From contig DASWXP010000002.1 of NCBI GenBank assembly GCA_036405415.1, positions 1 to 46,096 on the forward strand: 46,096 nt of DNA. The letters are read 5' to 3'. Both the position numbers and the translations under genes were made by a program. Shown here piece after piece: positions 1-6,687 of this stretch (within the stretch, counting starts at the first letter, position 1; each line of letters starts with the position of its first letter). The notes under the pieces are model-generated. The model was not told the DNA's origin, made no database searches, and saw nothing but the letters and a program-made list of their open reading frames with translations. The DNA comes from Minisyncoccota bacterium. Its GTDB lineage: Bacteria > Patescibacteriota > Minisyncoccia > Phycocordibacterales > Phycocordibacteraceae.

Positions 1-5
1 CAGAC

Positions 6-509
6 GTGACGTTCAAGACCCGCGTGCGGGACGAGTCCGTGGGCGGAGAGAACCCGTTCCGCTGGCAAGACGTGACCACCACGGAGCTTTTTGCAGGTAA
101 GAAGGTAGTGCTATTTGGTCTTCCGGGCGCATTCACGCCGACCTGCTCCTCGACGCATGCTCCGGGCTACGAAGCGAAGTACGAGGAGTTCCAGGCTGCC
201 GGCGTGGACGATGTGATCTGCTTGTCCGTCAACGATGCGTTCACGATGTATCAGTGGGGCCAGAAGCTCGGCCTCTCCAAGGTGCGTATGCTTCCAGATG
301 GCAACGGCGAGTTTACCCAGAAGCTCGGCATGCTCGTGAAGAAAGAGAACCTCGGCTTCGGCAATCGTTCATGGCGCTACTCGCTCCTTGTGGAGGATGG
401 CGAAATTAAGAAGGCATTCATCGAGCCAGGCTTCTCCGACAACTGTGAGGAGGATCCGTTTGAGGTGTCGGACGCCGAGACCATGCTCAGGTATCTCCAG
501 AGCGCCTAA
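6..509 (+). CDS. Peroxiredoxin, Prx5-like (AhpC/TSA superfamily); 5' end may lie left of the window
   Basis: ORF 6..509 opens with GTG at the window edge. It has the motif LFGLPGAFTPTCS, with the peroxidatic Cys in the PxxxTxxC context. The ~165 aa size fits Prx5-type enzymes. Confidence 0.85.
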   Translation: MTFKTRVRDESVGGENPFRWQDVTTTELFAGKKVVLFGLPGAFTPTCSSTHAPGYEAKYEEFQAAGVDDVICLSVNDAFTMYQWGQKLGLSKVRMLPDGNGEFTQKLGMLVKKENLGFGNRSWRYSLLVEDGEIKKAFIEPGFSDNCEEDPFEVSDAETMLRYLQSA

Positions 510-519
510 GATCCTTGCC

Positions 520-1740
520 ATGGCTGCGTTCGCATACTTCAAGCACAACGTCGGGAAGGCAGCAGATCTCCTCAATCTCACGGACGAGGAACGTGCCTCG
601 TTTATGAATCCGGACAGGGTGCTACGCGCTACCTTGTCGGTCGCGATGGATGATGGGAACACCAAGGAATTCCCGGCATACCGCGTGCAGTTCGACAATT
701 CTCGCGGTCCGTACAAGGGCGGAATCCGTTTCCATCCCGACGCGGATGAAGACGAAGTATCTGCGCTCGCAGCGATGATGGCTATTAAGTGTGCAGTCGT
801 GGACATTCCATTCGGAGGAGCGAAGGGTGGCGTAACCGTAGACCCGAAACATCTCTCAGAAGGAGAAATCGATAGGCTATCGCGTGCATATGTTCAGGCA
901 TTCTCGGAGCACTTGGGTCCTGACACGGACGTGCCGGCGCCCGACGTATATACGAACCCACATATCATGGCCATCATGCTCGACGAGTACGAGAAGATAA
1001 TTGGCGCATCAGCCCCTGCCATGATCACGGGAAAGCCGCTTGAGAATGGCGGTGTTGTTGGGCGTGATACAGCAACCGCAGACGGCGCCCTGTATGTGCT
1101 TGAAGCGGTGCTTGAGGATCAGCACCGGAGTCTCGAAGGGGTCGAGGTATCGATCCAGGGTGCAGGGAATGCAGGTGCCCAGGCTGCGCGGCTCGTGGTT
1201 AAGGACGGAGGTAAGGTCGTCGCGCTCGCGGACAGCCGCGGCACTCTGGTGAACGAAGAGGGCATTGATGTCGACGCGGTGCTCGCGCTGAAAGAAGACG
1301 GGAAGTCAGTGCATGACGCGACTGCATACGGCTCGCCTGGGAACGCGGAAGACGTGATAGCCGCAGCGTGCGACGTGCTCGTGCCGGCGGCACTTGAGGA
1401 CGCGGTTACTGAAAAGAATGCAGGCTCGGTCATGGCGACTGTGGTGCTTGAAATAGCGAACGGTCCGGTTACGCCGGAAGCGGATGACCTCCTTACGGCC
1501 CGCGGCATCGGCGTGATCCCGGACGTGCTCGCGAACGCGGGCGGCGTGACAGTCTCGTACTTCGAATGGCTGCAGAACCGCTCGGGCGAGACCTGGGACC
1601 GTGCTCGCGTCACGGAGCGTCTCAAGGCCACGATGCGTGACGCGTACCGAGACGTCGCAGATTTTGCGCACGAGCGTGGCATCACTATGCGCGAAGCAGC
1701 CTATGCGCTCGCGCTTACACGTATTCTTGAAGCGCGCTAG
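520..1740 (+). CDS. gdh: Glutamate dehydrogenase (Glu/Leu/Phe/Val dehydrogenase family)
   Basis: Track ORF 388..1740 is trimmed to the in-frame ATG at 520, 11 nt after the prx stop. The upstream 132 nt overlap prx and translate to R/S/P-rich junk. Motifs: KGGIRFHP, FGGAKGG, and the Rossmann glycine motif GAGNAG. Confidence 0.9.
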   Translation: MAAFAYFKHNVGKAADLLNLTDEERASFMNPDRVLRATLSVAMDDGNTKEFPAYRVQFDNSRGPYKGGIRFHPDADEDEVSALAAMMAIKCAVVDIPFGGAKGGVTVDPKHLSEGEIDRLSRAYVQAFSEHLGPDTDVPAPDVYTNPHIMAIMLDEYEKIIGASAPAMITGKPLENGGVVGRDTATADGALYVLEAVLEDQHRSLEGVEVSIQGAGNAGAQAARLVVKDGGKVVALADSRGTLVNEEGIDVDAVLALKEDGKSVHDATAYGSPGNAEDVIAAACDVLVPAALEDAVTEKNAGSVMATVVLEIANGPVTPEADDLLTARGIGVIPDVLANAGGVTVSYFEWLQNRSGETWDRARVTERLKATMRDAYRDVADFAHERGITMREAAYALALTRILEAR

Positions 1741-1749
1741 GATAGTCCC

Positions 1750-2103
1750 ATGAAAACATACGAAGGAGCCTGCCATTGCCGGAACGTACGCTACGAAGTC
1801 GAGCTCGACCTCTCGCAGCCCGCGATGGAGTGCAACTGCTCACACTGCCAAATCAAGGGATTCATCCTTCAGTTTACGAGTCCGGACAAGTTCAAGATCC
1901 TCCAGGGCGAGGAGGAGCTCAAGGCGTACCGCTTTAACAAGCATGTGATTGAGCATCTCTTCTGTACAGACTGCGGTGTACAGCCATTTGGAAAAGGAAA
2001 GAATGCAGACGGTAGCGATGCAATCGCAATCAACCTCCGCACGCTCGATGGAGTCGACTCAGAGACACTGAACCGAGTCCCGTACGACGGGAAGAACGCG
2101 TAA
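1750..2103 (+). CDS. GFA/CENP-V family Cys-rich zinc protein (glutathione-dependent formaldehyde-activating-like)
   Basis: 117 aa with Cys clusters CHCRNVRY, CNCSHCQ and CTDCG, spaced as in the GFA domain. Confidence 0.75.
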   Translation: MKTYEGACHCRNVRYEVELDLSQPAMECNCSHCQIKGFILQFTSPDKFKILQGEEELKAYRFNKHVIEHLFCTDCGVQPFGKGKNADGSDAIAINLRTLDGVDSETLNRVPYDGKNA

Positions 2104-2106
2104 GAG

Positions 2107-2138
2107 AAAAGGCGCCTTCGGGCGCCTTTTTCTATTTT
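2107..2138. terminator. Bidirectional intrinsic terminator between the GFA gene and rnr
   Basis: Hairpin GGCGCC-TTCG-GGCGCC (2111..2126) is preceded by AAAA and followed by TTTTTCTATTTT. It sits between convergent genes. Confidence 0.8.
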
Positions 2139-4120
2139 CGTACGATCGCGAAGTCGAGTTCTCGTTCTGCGAGCCGCGCATCAACGAGACGGACTCGGAT
2201 AGGGTCGCCGAGCGCAAATTCGGTCTTCGACTTCTCTCCAATGAGACGGTACCGCTTCTCGTCATAGACGAAGTAGTCGTCTCCAAGCTCTCGCACCCGG
2301 ATCATGCCCTCGGCGCGAGATTCCGTAAGCTCCACGAAGATGCCGCGATCGGAGACGCCCGAGATAACCGCATCGAACTCCTCGCCGATGTGCTCACTCA
2401 TGTACTCCACCTGCTTCATCTTAATGGAGTCGCGCTCTGCTTCTACGGCAGCTGCTTCGCGCTCAGATGAGCGGGTCGCGAGTTGATCGAGCTCTGCGTA
2501 CTCGCTCTTATCGAAGACGCCTTCAACGGTGTAGTGCTTCGCGAGGCGATGCACGAGGAGGTCCGGGTAGCGGCGGATCGGGGAGGTGAAGTGCGTGTAG
2601 AACTCGAACGCGAGGCCGAAGTGGCCGATATTCTTGGTCGAGTACACCGCCTTGGCCATGGAACGGAGCGCTGCGGTCTTGATGAGGTATTCCTCAGGCT
2701 TGCCCGCTACTTCCTTGAGGAGCGCGTTGATATCCTCGCCCTTGACCTTTCCGGCTTGGACCGGGAGCTGGTATCCCATGACGCGCAGGAATGCGGCGAG
2801 ATTCTCGATACGGTCCGCGTCCGGAGAATCATGGATGCGGTATATGGTGCCACCCACGATGCGCGCCTTCTTCATCTCGTCCGTGAGGAACTCGGCGATA
2901 GCCTCGTTGGCAAGGAGCATGAAGTCCTCGATGAGGAGGTTCGTGTCCCGGCGCTCCTTGAGGACGATCTCCTTTGGCTTGCCGGTCTCGTCGAGAAGGA
3001 TCTTCACTTCAGGAGTATCGAACGCGATAGCGCCCTTGTTCGTGCGGCGCGTGCGGATCTTGTCCGCGAGTGTCTTCAATATATTGAGCTCGTTCAAGAG
3101 AATGCCGTCCTGCGTGTCGAGGACCTCCTGTGCTTCCTCGTACGTGAAGCGCTTGTCCGAGTGGATGACGGTAGGACCGTACCAGCGGGAGACGATACCG
3201 GCTTCCTTATCGAGCTCGAACACCGCGGACATCGCGAGACGGTCCTCGTTCGGGTTGAGGGAGCAGAGATCGGTAGAGAGGATGTGGGGAAGCATCGGGA
3301 TGGTGCGGTCCACGAGGTACACCGAGGTAGCGCGCTTCCTGGCTTCGCTATCGATCTGGGTGCCCGGGCGCACGAAATGAGAGACGTCCGCGATATGGAC
3401 CCCGATCTCGTAGTTCCCGTTCGGGAGCTCCTTAACCGAGAGCGCGTCGTCGAAGTCCTTCGCATCGAAGGGATCGATGGTGAAGGTGGTGGTGCCGCGG
3501 AAGTCCTTGCGGGTCCCGTTGGCGATGCCTTCGGCAGCACCATCTTTCAGCATCTGGCGGCCATGCTCCTCGAGGTATTTCGCTTCCTGCATGACGCCAG
3601 GAGGGAAGTCGGAGCGGAAGCCGCTCGAAAGCGCGAGGGCGCGCATCTCAGTCTCATGTTCTCCGGCCGGGCCGATGATCTCCTCGAGCTCGCCCCACGG
3701 GTACGGCTGATGGGATGCCCAGCCCTTGAAGCGGATCACGACCTTGTGCCCGATAGGGAGGGACTCGCCCTTTACTACGAACGGGACGTACATCTTCTTC
3801 CAGTCCGGGATGAGCATGATGAGGTTCTCCTCCTTGTTCTCGACGAGCTTCCCGACGAAGGTCTCGCGAGCGCGCTCCGTGACCTCAACTACGCGTCCTG
3901 CAGGGCGCACCTTGCCGGTGCGCTTGTCGGTGTCGTTCCCGACGAACTGCACCTTTACAGTGTCTCCGGGGAAGGCGCCGCCGAGGTTCTCTCCGGCGAT
4001 GAACATGTCCTCCTCGTTCGGGTCATAGGTGAAGAATCCTTTCCCGGTCTTGATAATGGTGATGGGACCCTCGTAGACGGTGTCCTTCTGTATAGCCATG
4101 GGTAGAACTGTAGCAGACAT
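2132..4120 (-). CDS. rnr: Ribonuclease R (RNB-family 3'-5' exoribonuclease with C-terminal S1 domain)
   Basis: 662 aa. Motifs: TIDPFDAKDFDDALS, the RNB core HFGLAFEFYTHFTSPIRRYPDLLVHR, and the C-terminal S1-like segment EFDAVISGVSDRGIFVEL. The start may instead be the internal Met at MAIQKD. Confidence 0.92.
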   Translation of the reverse strand: MSATVLPMAIQKDTVYEGPITIIKTGKGFFTYDPNEEDMFIAGENLGGAFPGDTVKVQFVGNDTDKRTGKVRPAGRVVEVTERARETFVGKLVENKEENLIMLIPDWKKMYVPFVVKGESLPIGHKVVIRFKGWASHQPYPWGELEEIIGPAGEHETEMRALALSSGFRSDFPPGVMQEAKYLEEHGRQMLKDGAAEGIANGTRKDFRGTTTFTIDPFDAKDFDDALSVKELPNGNYEIGVHIADVSHFVRPGTQIDSEARKRATSVYLVDRTIPMLPHILSTDLCSLNPNEDRLAMSAVFELDKEAGIVSRWYGPTVIHSDKRFTYEEAQEVLDTQDGILLNELNILKTLADKIRTRRTNKGAIAFDTPEVKILLDETGKPKEIVLKERRDTNLLIEDFMLLANEAIAEFLTDEMKKARIVGGTIYRIHDSPDADRIENLAAFLRVMGYQLPVQAGKVKGEDINALLKEVAGKPEEYLIKTAALRSMAKAVYSTKNIGHFGLAFEFYTHFTSPIRRYPDLLVHRLAKHYTVEGVFDKSEYAELDQLATRSSEREAAAVEAERDSIKMKQVEYMSEHIGEEFDAVISGVSDRGIFVELTESRAEGMIRVRELGDDYFVYDEKRYRLIGEKSKTEFALGDPIRVRLVDARLAERELDFAIVRK

Positions 4121-4144
4121 ACCTGTATTTGCTATGATTTATAG

Positions 4145-4216
4145 GTCGACGTTCTCCGTTGACACACGGTGAGGAGGACTTGGGGCGGCTCCGGCCGCCC
4201 TTCTTTTTATTTCTTT
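4145..4216 (+). ncRNA. Candidate ~70-nt small RNA or attenuated transcript (hypothetical)
   Basis: An extended -10-like TGCTATGAT lies at 4130..4138. A strong terminator lies at 4183..4216. No plus-strand gene lies upstream. Confidence 0.25.
4183..4216 (+). terminator. Intrinsic terminator with no upstream plus-strand gene
   Basis: Hairpin GGGCGGC-TCCG-GCCGCCC (7 GC-rich bp) is followed by TTCTTTTTATTTCTTT. The minus-strand reading has no U-tract. Confidence 0.6.
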
Positions 4217-4243
4217 GACGGAAACACCCCTATTTGGTACAGT
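4215..4243 (+). promoter_or_regulatory. Sigma-70-like promoter for rpsP
   Basis: TTGACG, 17 nt, then (TGg)TACAGT. The -10 ends 12 nt before the rpsP ATG, implying a very short leader. Confidence 0.55.
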
Positions 4244-4254
4244 TCCGCCTACAT

Positions 4255-4713
4255 ATGTTGATGATCCGATTCCAGCGCATTGGCCGCAAGAACGACGCTG
4301 CGTTCCGCATGGCCGTACTCGAGAAGACGGCCGGCCCTAAGGCCGGCAAGTACGTCGACCTCGTCGGTACGTACAACCCGAAGACCAAGGCTATTACCTA
4401 CAAGGCAGACCGTATCAAGGACTGGATCTCTAAGGGCGCTCAGGTGTCCCCGTCCCTCAAGAACCTCCTCATCAAGGAGGGCGTGCTCGAGGGCAAGAAG
4501 GAGGCCGTGATCCCGAAGAAGACGCTCGAGAAGAACATCGCGAAGAAGCGCGCCGAGGAGGAGGCGGCTGCAGCGAAGGCCGCTGAGGAAGCTGCGAAGG
4601 CAGAAGCTGCAGCGAAGGCAGAGGCAGCAGCCGCCGCTGAAGCGGCAGCAGAGGAGGCAGCTCCCGTTGCTGAAGAGACTCCTGCCGAGGAGGCAAAGGA
4701 GGAGGCTGCCTAA
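4255..4713 (+). CDS. rpsP: 30S ribosomal protein S16 with a C-terminal Ala/Glu-rich low-complexity tail
   Basis: Track ORF 4234..4713 is trimmed to ATG 4255. MLMIRFQRIGRKNDAAFRMAV matches the conserved S16 N-terminus. The tail KKRAEEEAAAAKAAEEAAKAEAAAKAEAAAAAEAAAEEAA spans about 4543..4710. Confidence 0.9.
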   Translation: MLMIRFQRIGRKNDAAFRMAVLEKTAGPKAGKYVDLVGTYNPKTKAITYKADRIKDWISKGAQVSPSLKNLLIKEGVLEGKKEAVIPKKTLEKNIAKKRAEEEAAAAKAAEEAAKAEAAAKAEAAAAAEAAAEEAAPVAEETPAEEAKEEAA

Positions 4714-4772
4714 GGCGCCCCAGGGACACCACGTCCCATTACCCGCATATCCGATTACGCTGACACGACTCT

Positions 4773-5075
4773 ATGGAACAGGATCACGCATACCTCGATT
4801 ACACGATCAAAGCGCTGGTTGATAACCAGGACGCGGTCGTGATCACCCGCTCGGTTGATGAGATGGGCGTACTCCTTACGCTCACCGTCGCTCCTGAGGA
4901 CATGGGCAAGATCATCGGCAAGGACGGCAACATCGCCAAAGCGATCCGCACCCTCCTTCGCGTGGTTGGCATGAAGCATAACGCGCGCGTGAACCTCAAG
5001 ATCAACGAGCCGATCGGCGGGAAGCGCGTCGAGGATGACCGCTCGCTCGACGAGGTGCTCGGCGACATGCGCTAG
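4773..5075 (+). CDS. khpA: KH-domain RNA-binding protein (YlqC/KhpA-like, UPF0109)
   Basis: 100 aa with the GxxG KH motif in MGKIIGKDGNIAKAIRTLL. Its position between rpsP and trmD is conserved in many bacteria. Confidence 0.8.
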   Translation: MEQDHAYLDYTIKALVDNQDAVVITRSVDEMGVLLTLTVAPEDMGKIIGKDGNIAKAIRTLLRVVGMKHNARVNLKINEPIGGKRVEDDRSLDEVLGDMR

Positions 5076-5105
5076 ACTTGAAGACGGCGGAAGCCGTTTT
5101 TCGCT

Positions 5106-5768
5106 ATGATCCGATTCCATCTCGTAACCCTCTTCCCGGAAGCCTGCGACGCGTATCTCTCCGCGTCGATTCTCGGGCGCGCCCGCGAGAACAAGAAGAT
5201 ACGCGTGGACTATCAGAGCCCGCGCGACTATGTCACCAACCGCTGGGGGAAGGTGGATGAGCGTCCCTATGGAGGAGGACCCGGCATGGTCATGACGGCG
5301 CTTCCGGTCGCGAAGGCGGTAAAGAAGTCGTTCGGCCGAAGGAGCGGGAAGAAGGCTATCGTCTGGTTCAGTCCGTCCGGCAAGCAGTTCACGAACAAGG
5401 ACGCGGACTTGCTCGGCAAGTATGACGAGGTGGTATTCGTGTGCGGGCGCTACGAGGGCATCGACGAGCGTGCGAAGAAAATCTGTACAACCATGGGTAC
5501 CGTGAAGACCTATGCGGTTGGCGAGGCGGTCTACACGGGCGGCGAGGTTCCGGCTATGGCTATGATCGACGCCATCACGCGCAGGCTTCCGGGCGTGCTC
5601 GGGAAGGATGCGTCGGTAGAGGAGCGACGTATCGCGGCGCCTGACGTATACACGCGTCCCGAGTCTATCGAGTGGGAAGGGAAGGCGTACAAGGTTCCTA
5701 AGGTCCTTCAGACCGGGAACCACGCGAAGATCGACGCGTTCCGGGGAAAGAAGCGGAAGCCTAAGTAG
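5106..5768 (+). CDS. trmD: tRNA (guanine37-N1)-methyltransferase
   Basis: Motifs: LFPEACDAYL, ERPYGGGPGMVM, VCGRYEGIDERA. Confidence 0.92.
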   Translation: MIRFHLVTLFPEACDAYLSASILGRARENKKIRVDYQSPRDYVTNRWGKVDERPYGGGPGMVMTALPVAKAVKKSFGRRSGKKAIVWFSPSGKQFTNKDADLLGKYDEVVFVCGRYEGIDERAKKICTTMGTVKTYAVGEAVYTGGEVPAMAMIDAITRRLPGVLGKDASVEERRIAAPDVYTRPESIEWEGKAYKVPKVLQTGNHAKIDAFRGKKRKPK

Positions 5769-5784
5769 GACACATTTTTATGAA

Positions 5785-5813
5785 TTGACAATACCGCCGT
5801 ATGGTGGTATTTT
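5785..5813 (+). promoter_or_regulatory. Sigma-70-like promoter
   Basis: TTGACA, 17 nt, then (TGg)TATTTT. This explains why the track ORF appears to start at TTG 5785. Confidence 0.55.
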
Positions 5814-5859
5814 AGTGAACGAGTCCGGCAGTCGCCGGAAAGTCAACGGGGAACCTTCG

Positions 5860-6432
5860 ATGTTCAGAATCACAACTCGCTGGATGATGGCGATCGTCGC
5901 CTTCATCAGCATCGTCTACGCCTTGCTCGCCTTCGCCGGCTTCGACCTCGCCAAGGTCGGAAGCGGCCTGGGCGGGATCCTGTTCTGGTCGACGGCGGCC
6001 ATAGGCTTCACCGCGTGGGTGGTCGTCGGGCTGAGCAAGCCGGACGAATTCGGCCGACGCGTCATGCAGCGCCTCGTTGCGCTCAGCATGGGGACCGCGT
6101 TCGTGGCCCTCATCCTGAAAGCGGACGCTCTGTCCTTCTGGGACGGCTTCCCGCTTTTCATAGTGGGTGCCTGGGTGACCTCGCTCGCCATGAGCTGGGT
6201 CATGCCGAAGCACGACCTCCCGGCCACCACCGACGGCTTGTTCATCGCAGCGATGACGCTGATTCTCGGCGCCGGCGTGTTCGTCTTCCGGGCCGGGTTC
6301 GACGGCCTGTGGGCCGAGCATCCGCTCGTGGGCTCGCTCGCGATCGTGTCAGCCTTGCTGCTGATGTTCGGCGGCGTGGTCTTCGTCCACTCACGGGCGG
6401 GACGCTTCCCGATCCGTGAGGCGGTCGCCTAG
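5860..6432 (+). CDS. Integral membrane protein, unknown function
   Basis: Track ORF is trimmed to ATG 5860, with GGGGA 8 nt upstream. There are several hydrophobic helices. No family was recognised. Confidence 0.6.
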   Translation: MFRITTRWMMAIVAFISIVYALLAFAGFDLAKVGSGLGGILFWSTAAIGFTAWVVVGLSKPDEFGRRVMQRLVALSMGTAFVALILKADALSFWDGFPLFIVGAWVTSLAMSWVMPKHDLPATTDGLFIAAMTLILGAGVFVFRAGFDGLWAEHPLVGSLAIVSALLLMFGGVVFVHSRAGRFPIREAVA

Positions 6433-6454
6433 GTCAGACGGCCGACTGTCGCTC

Positions 6455-6490
6455 AAAAGGGCGGTTTCCTTCGGGAGACCGCCTTTTTCC
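6455..6490 (+). terminator. Intrinsic terminator
   Basis: Hairpin GGCGGTTTCC-TTCG-GGAGACCGCC (one G.U pair) is followed by TTTTT. Confidence 0.8.
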
Positions 6491-6507
6491 TTATTCCCCA
6501 GGCGCTC

Positions 6508-6537
6508 TTGACCCCACCCCCGTCTTCACGGTATTTT
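6508..6537 (+). promoter_or_regulatory. Sigma-70-like promoter for rpoBC
   Basis: TTGACC, 18 nt, then TATTTT. It lies about 150 nt upstream of the rpoB ATG. Confidence 0.5.
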
Positions 6538-6630
6538 TAGGGAACGAGATTGAGTAACGGGGGATAGTCGGGCGGGGCTGAAAATCAGGGCGAATATTTA
6601 AAAACAGCGTCTCCAGAAACGAAGGGGCGC

Positions 6631-6650
6631 GGCACGTATATATACGTGCC
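6631..6650. repeat. Perfect 20-bp palindrome GGCACGTATATATACGTGCC in the rpoB leader
   Basis: Read directly: 6631..6640 is the exact reverse complement of 6641..6650. It lies 38 nt upstream of the rpoB start. Confidence 0.9.
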
Positions 6651-6687
6651 CATTCGGCGTTTAGGGACACTAACCATACATCCGCAC

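Noticed and set aside
388-519. 5' extensions of track ORFs: gdh 388..519, DsbA-like 25762..25842, exonuclease 26752..26835, RRM gene 30781..30927, rpoB 6646..6687, membrane gene 5785..5859
   Set aside because: The extensions overlap upstream genes or promoters and translate to R/S/P-rich sequence. Internal ATGs restore the conserved N-termini of the families.
2483-4105. 540-aa plus-strand ORF, plus 2634..3380 and 3094..3543, overlapping rnr
   Set aside because: It lies antisense or out of frame to a well-supported RNase R gene. Its composition is dominated by R/E/L/V/D/G/H with no recognisable motifs. This is the typical stop-free shadow seen in high-GC coding DNA.
6631-6650. NrdR box interpretation of the 20-bp palindrome
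   Set aside because: The CAC...GTG span is 16 nt rather than the 14 nt of the NrdR consensus as I recall it. Only one copy is present, whereas NrdR boxes usually come in pairs. It also lies upstream of rpoB, not nrdA.
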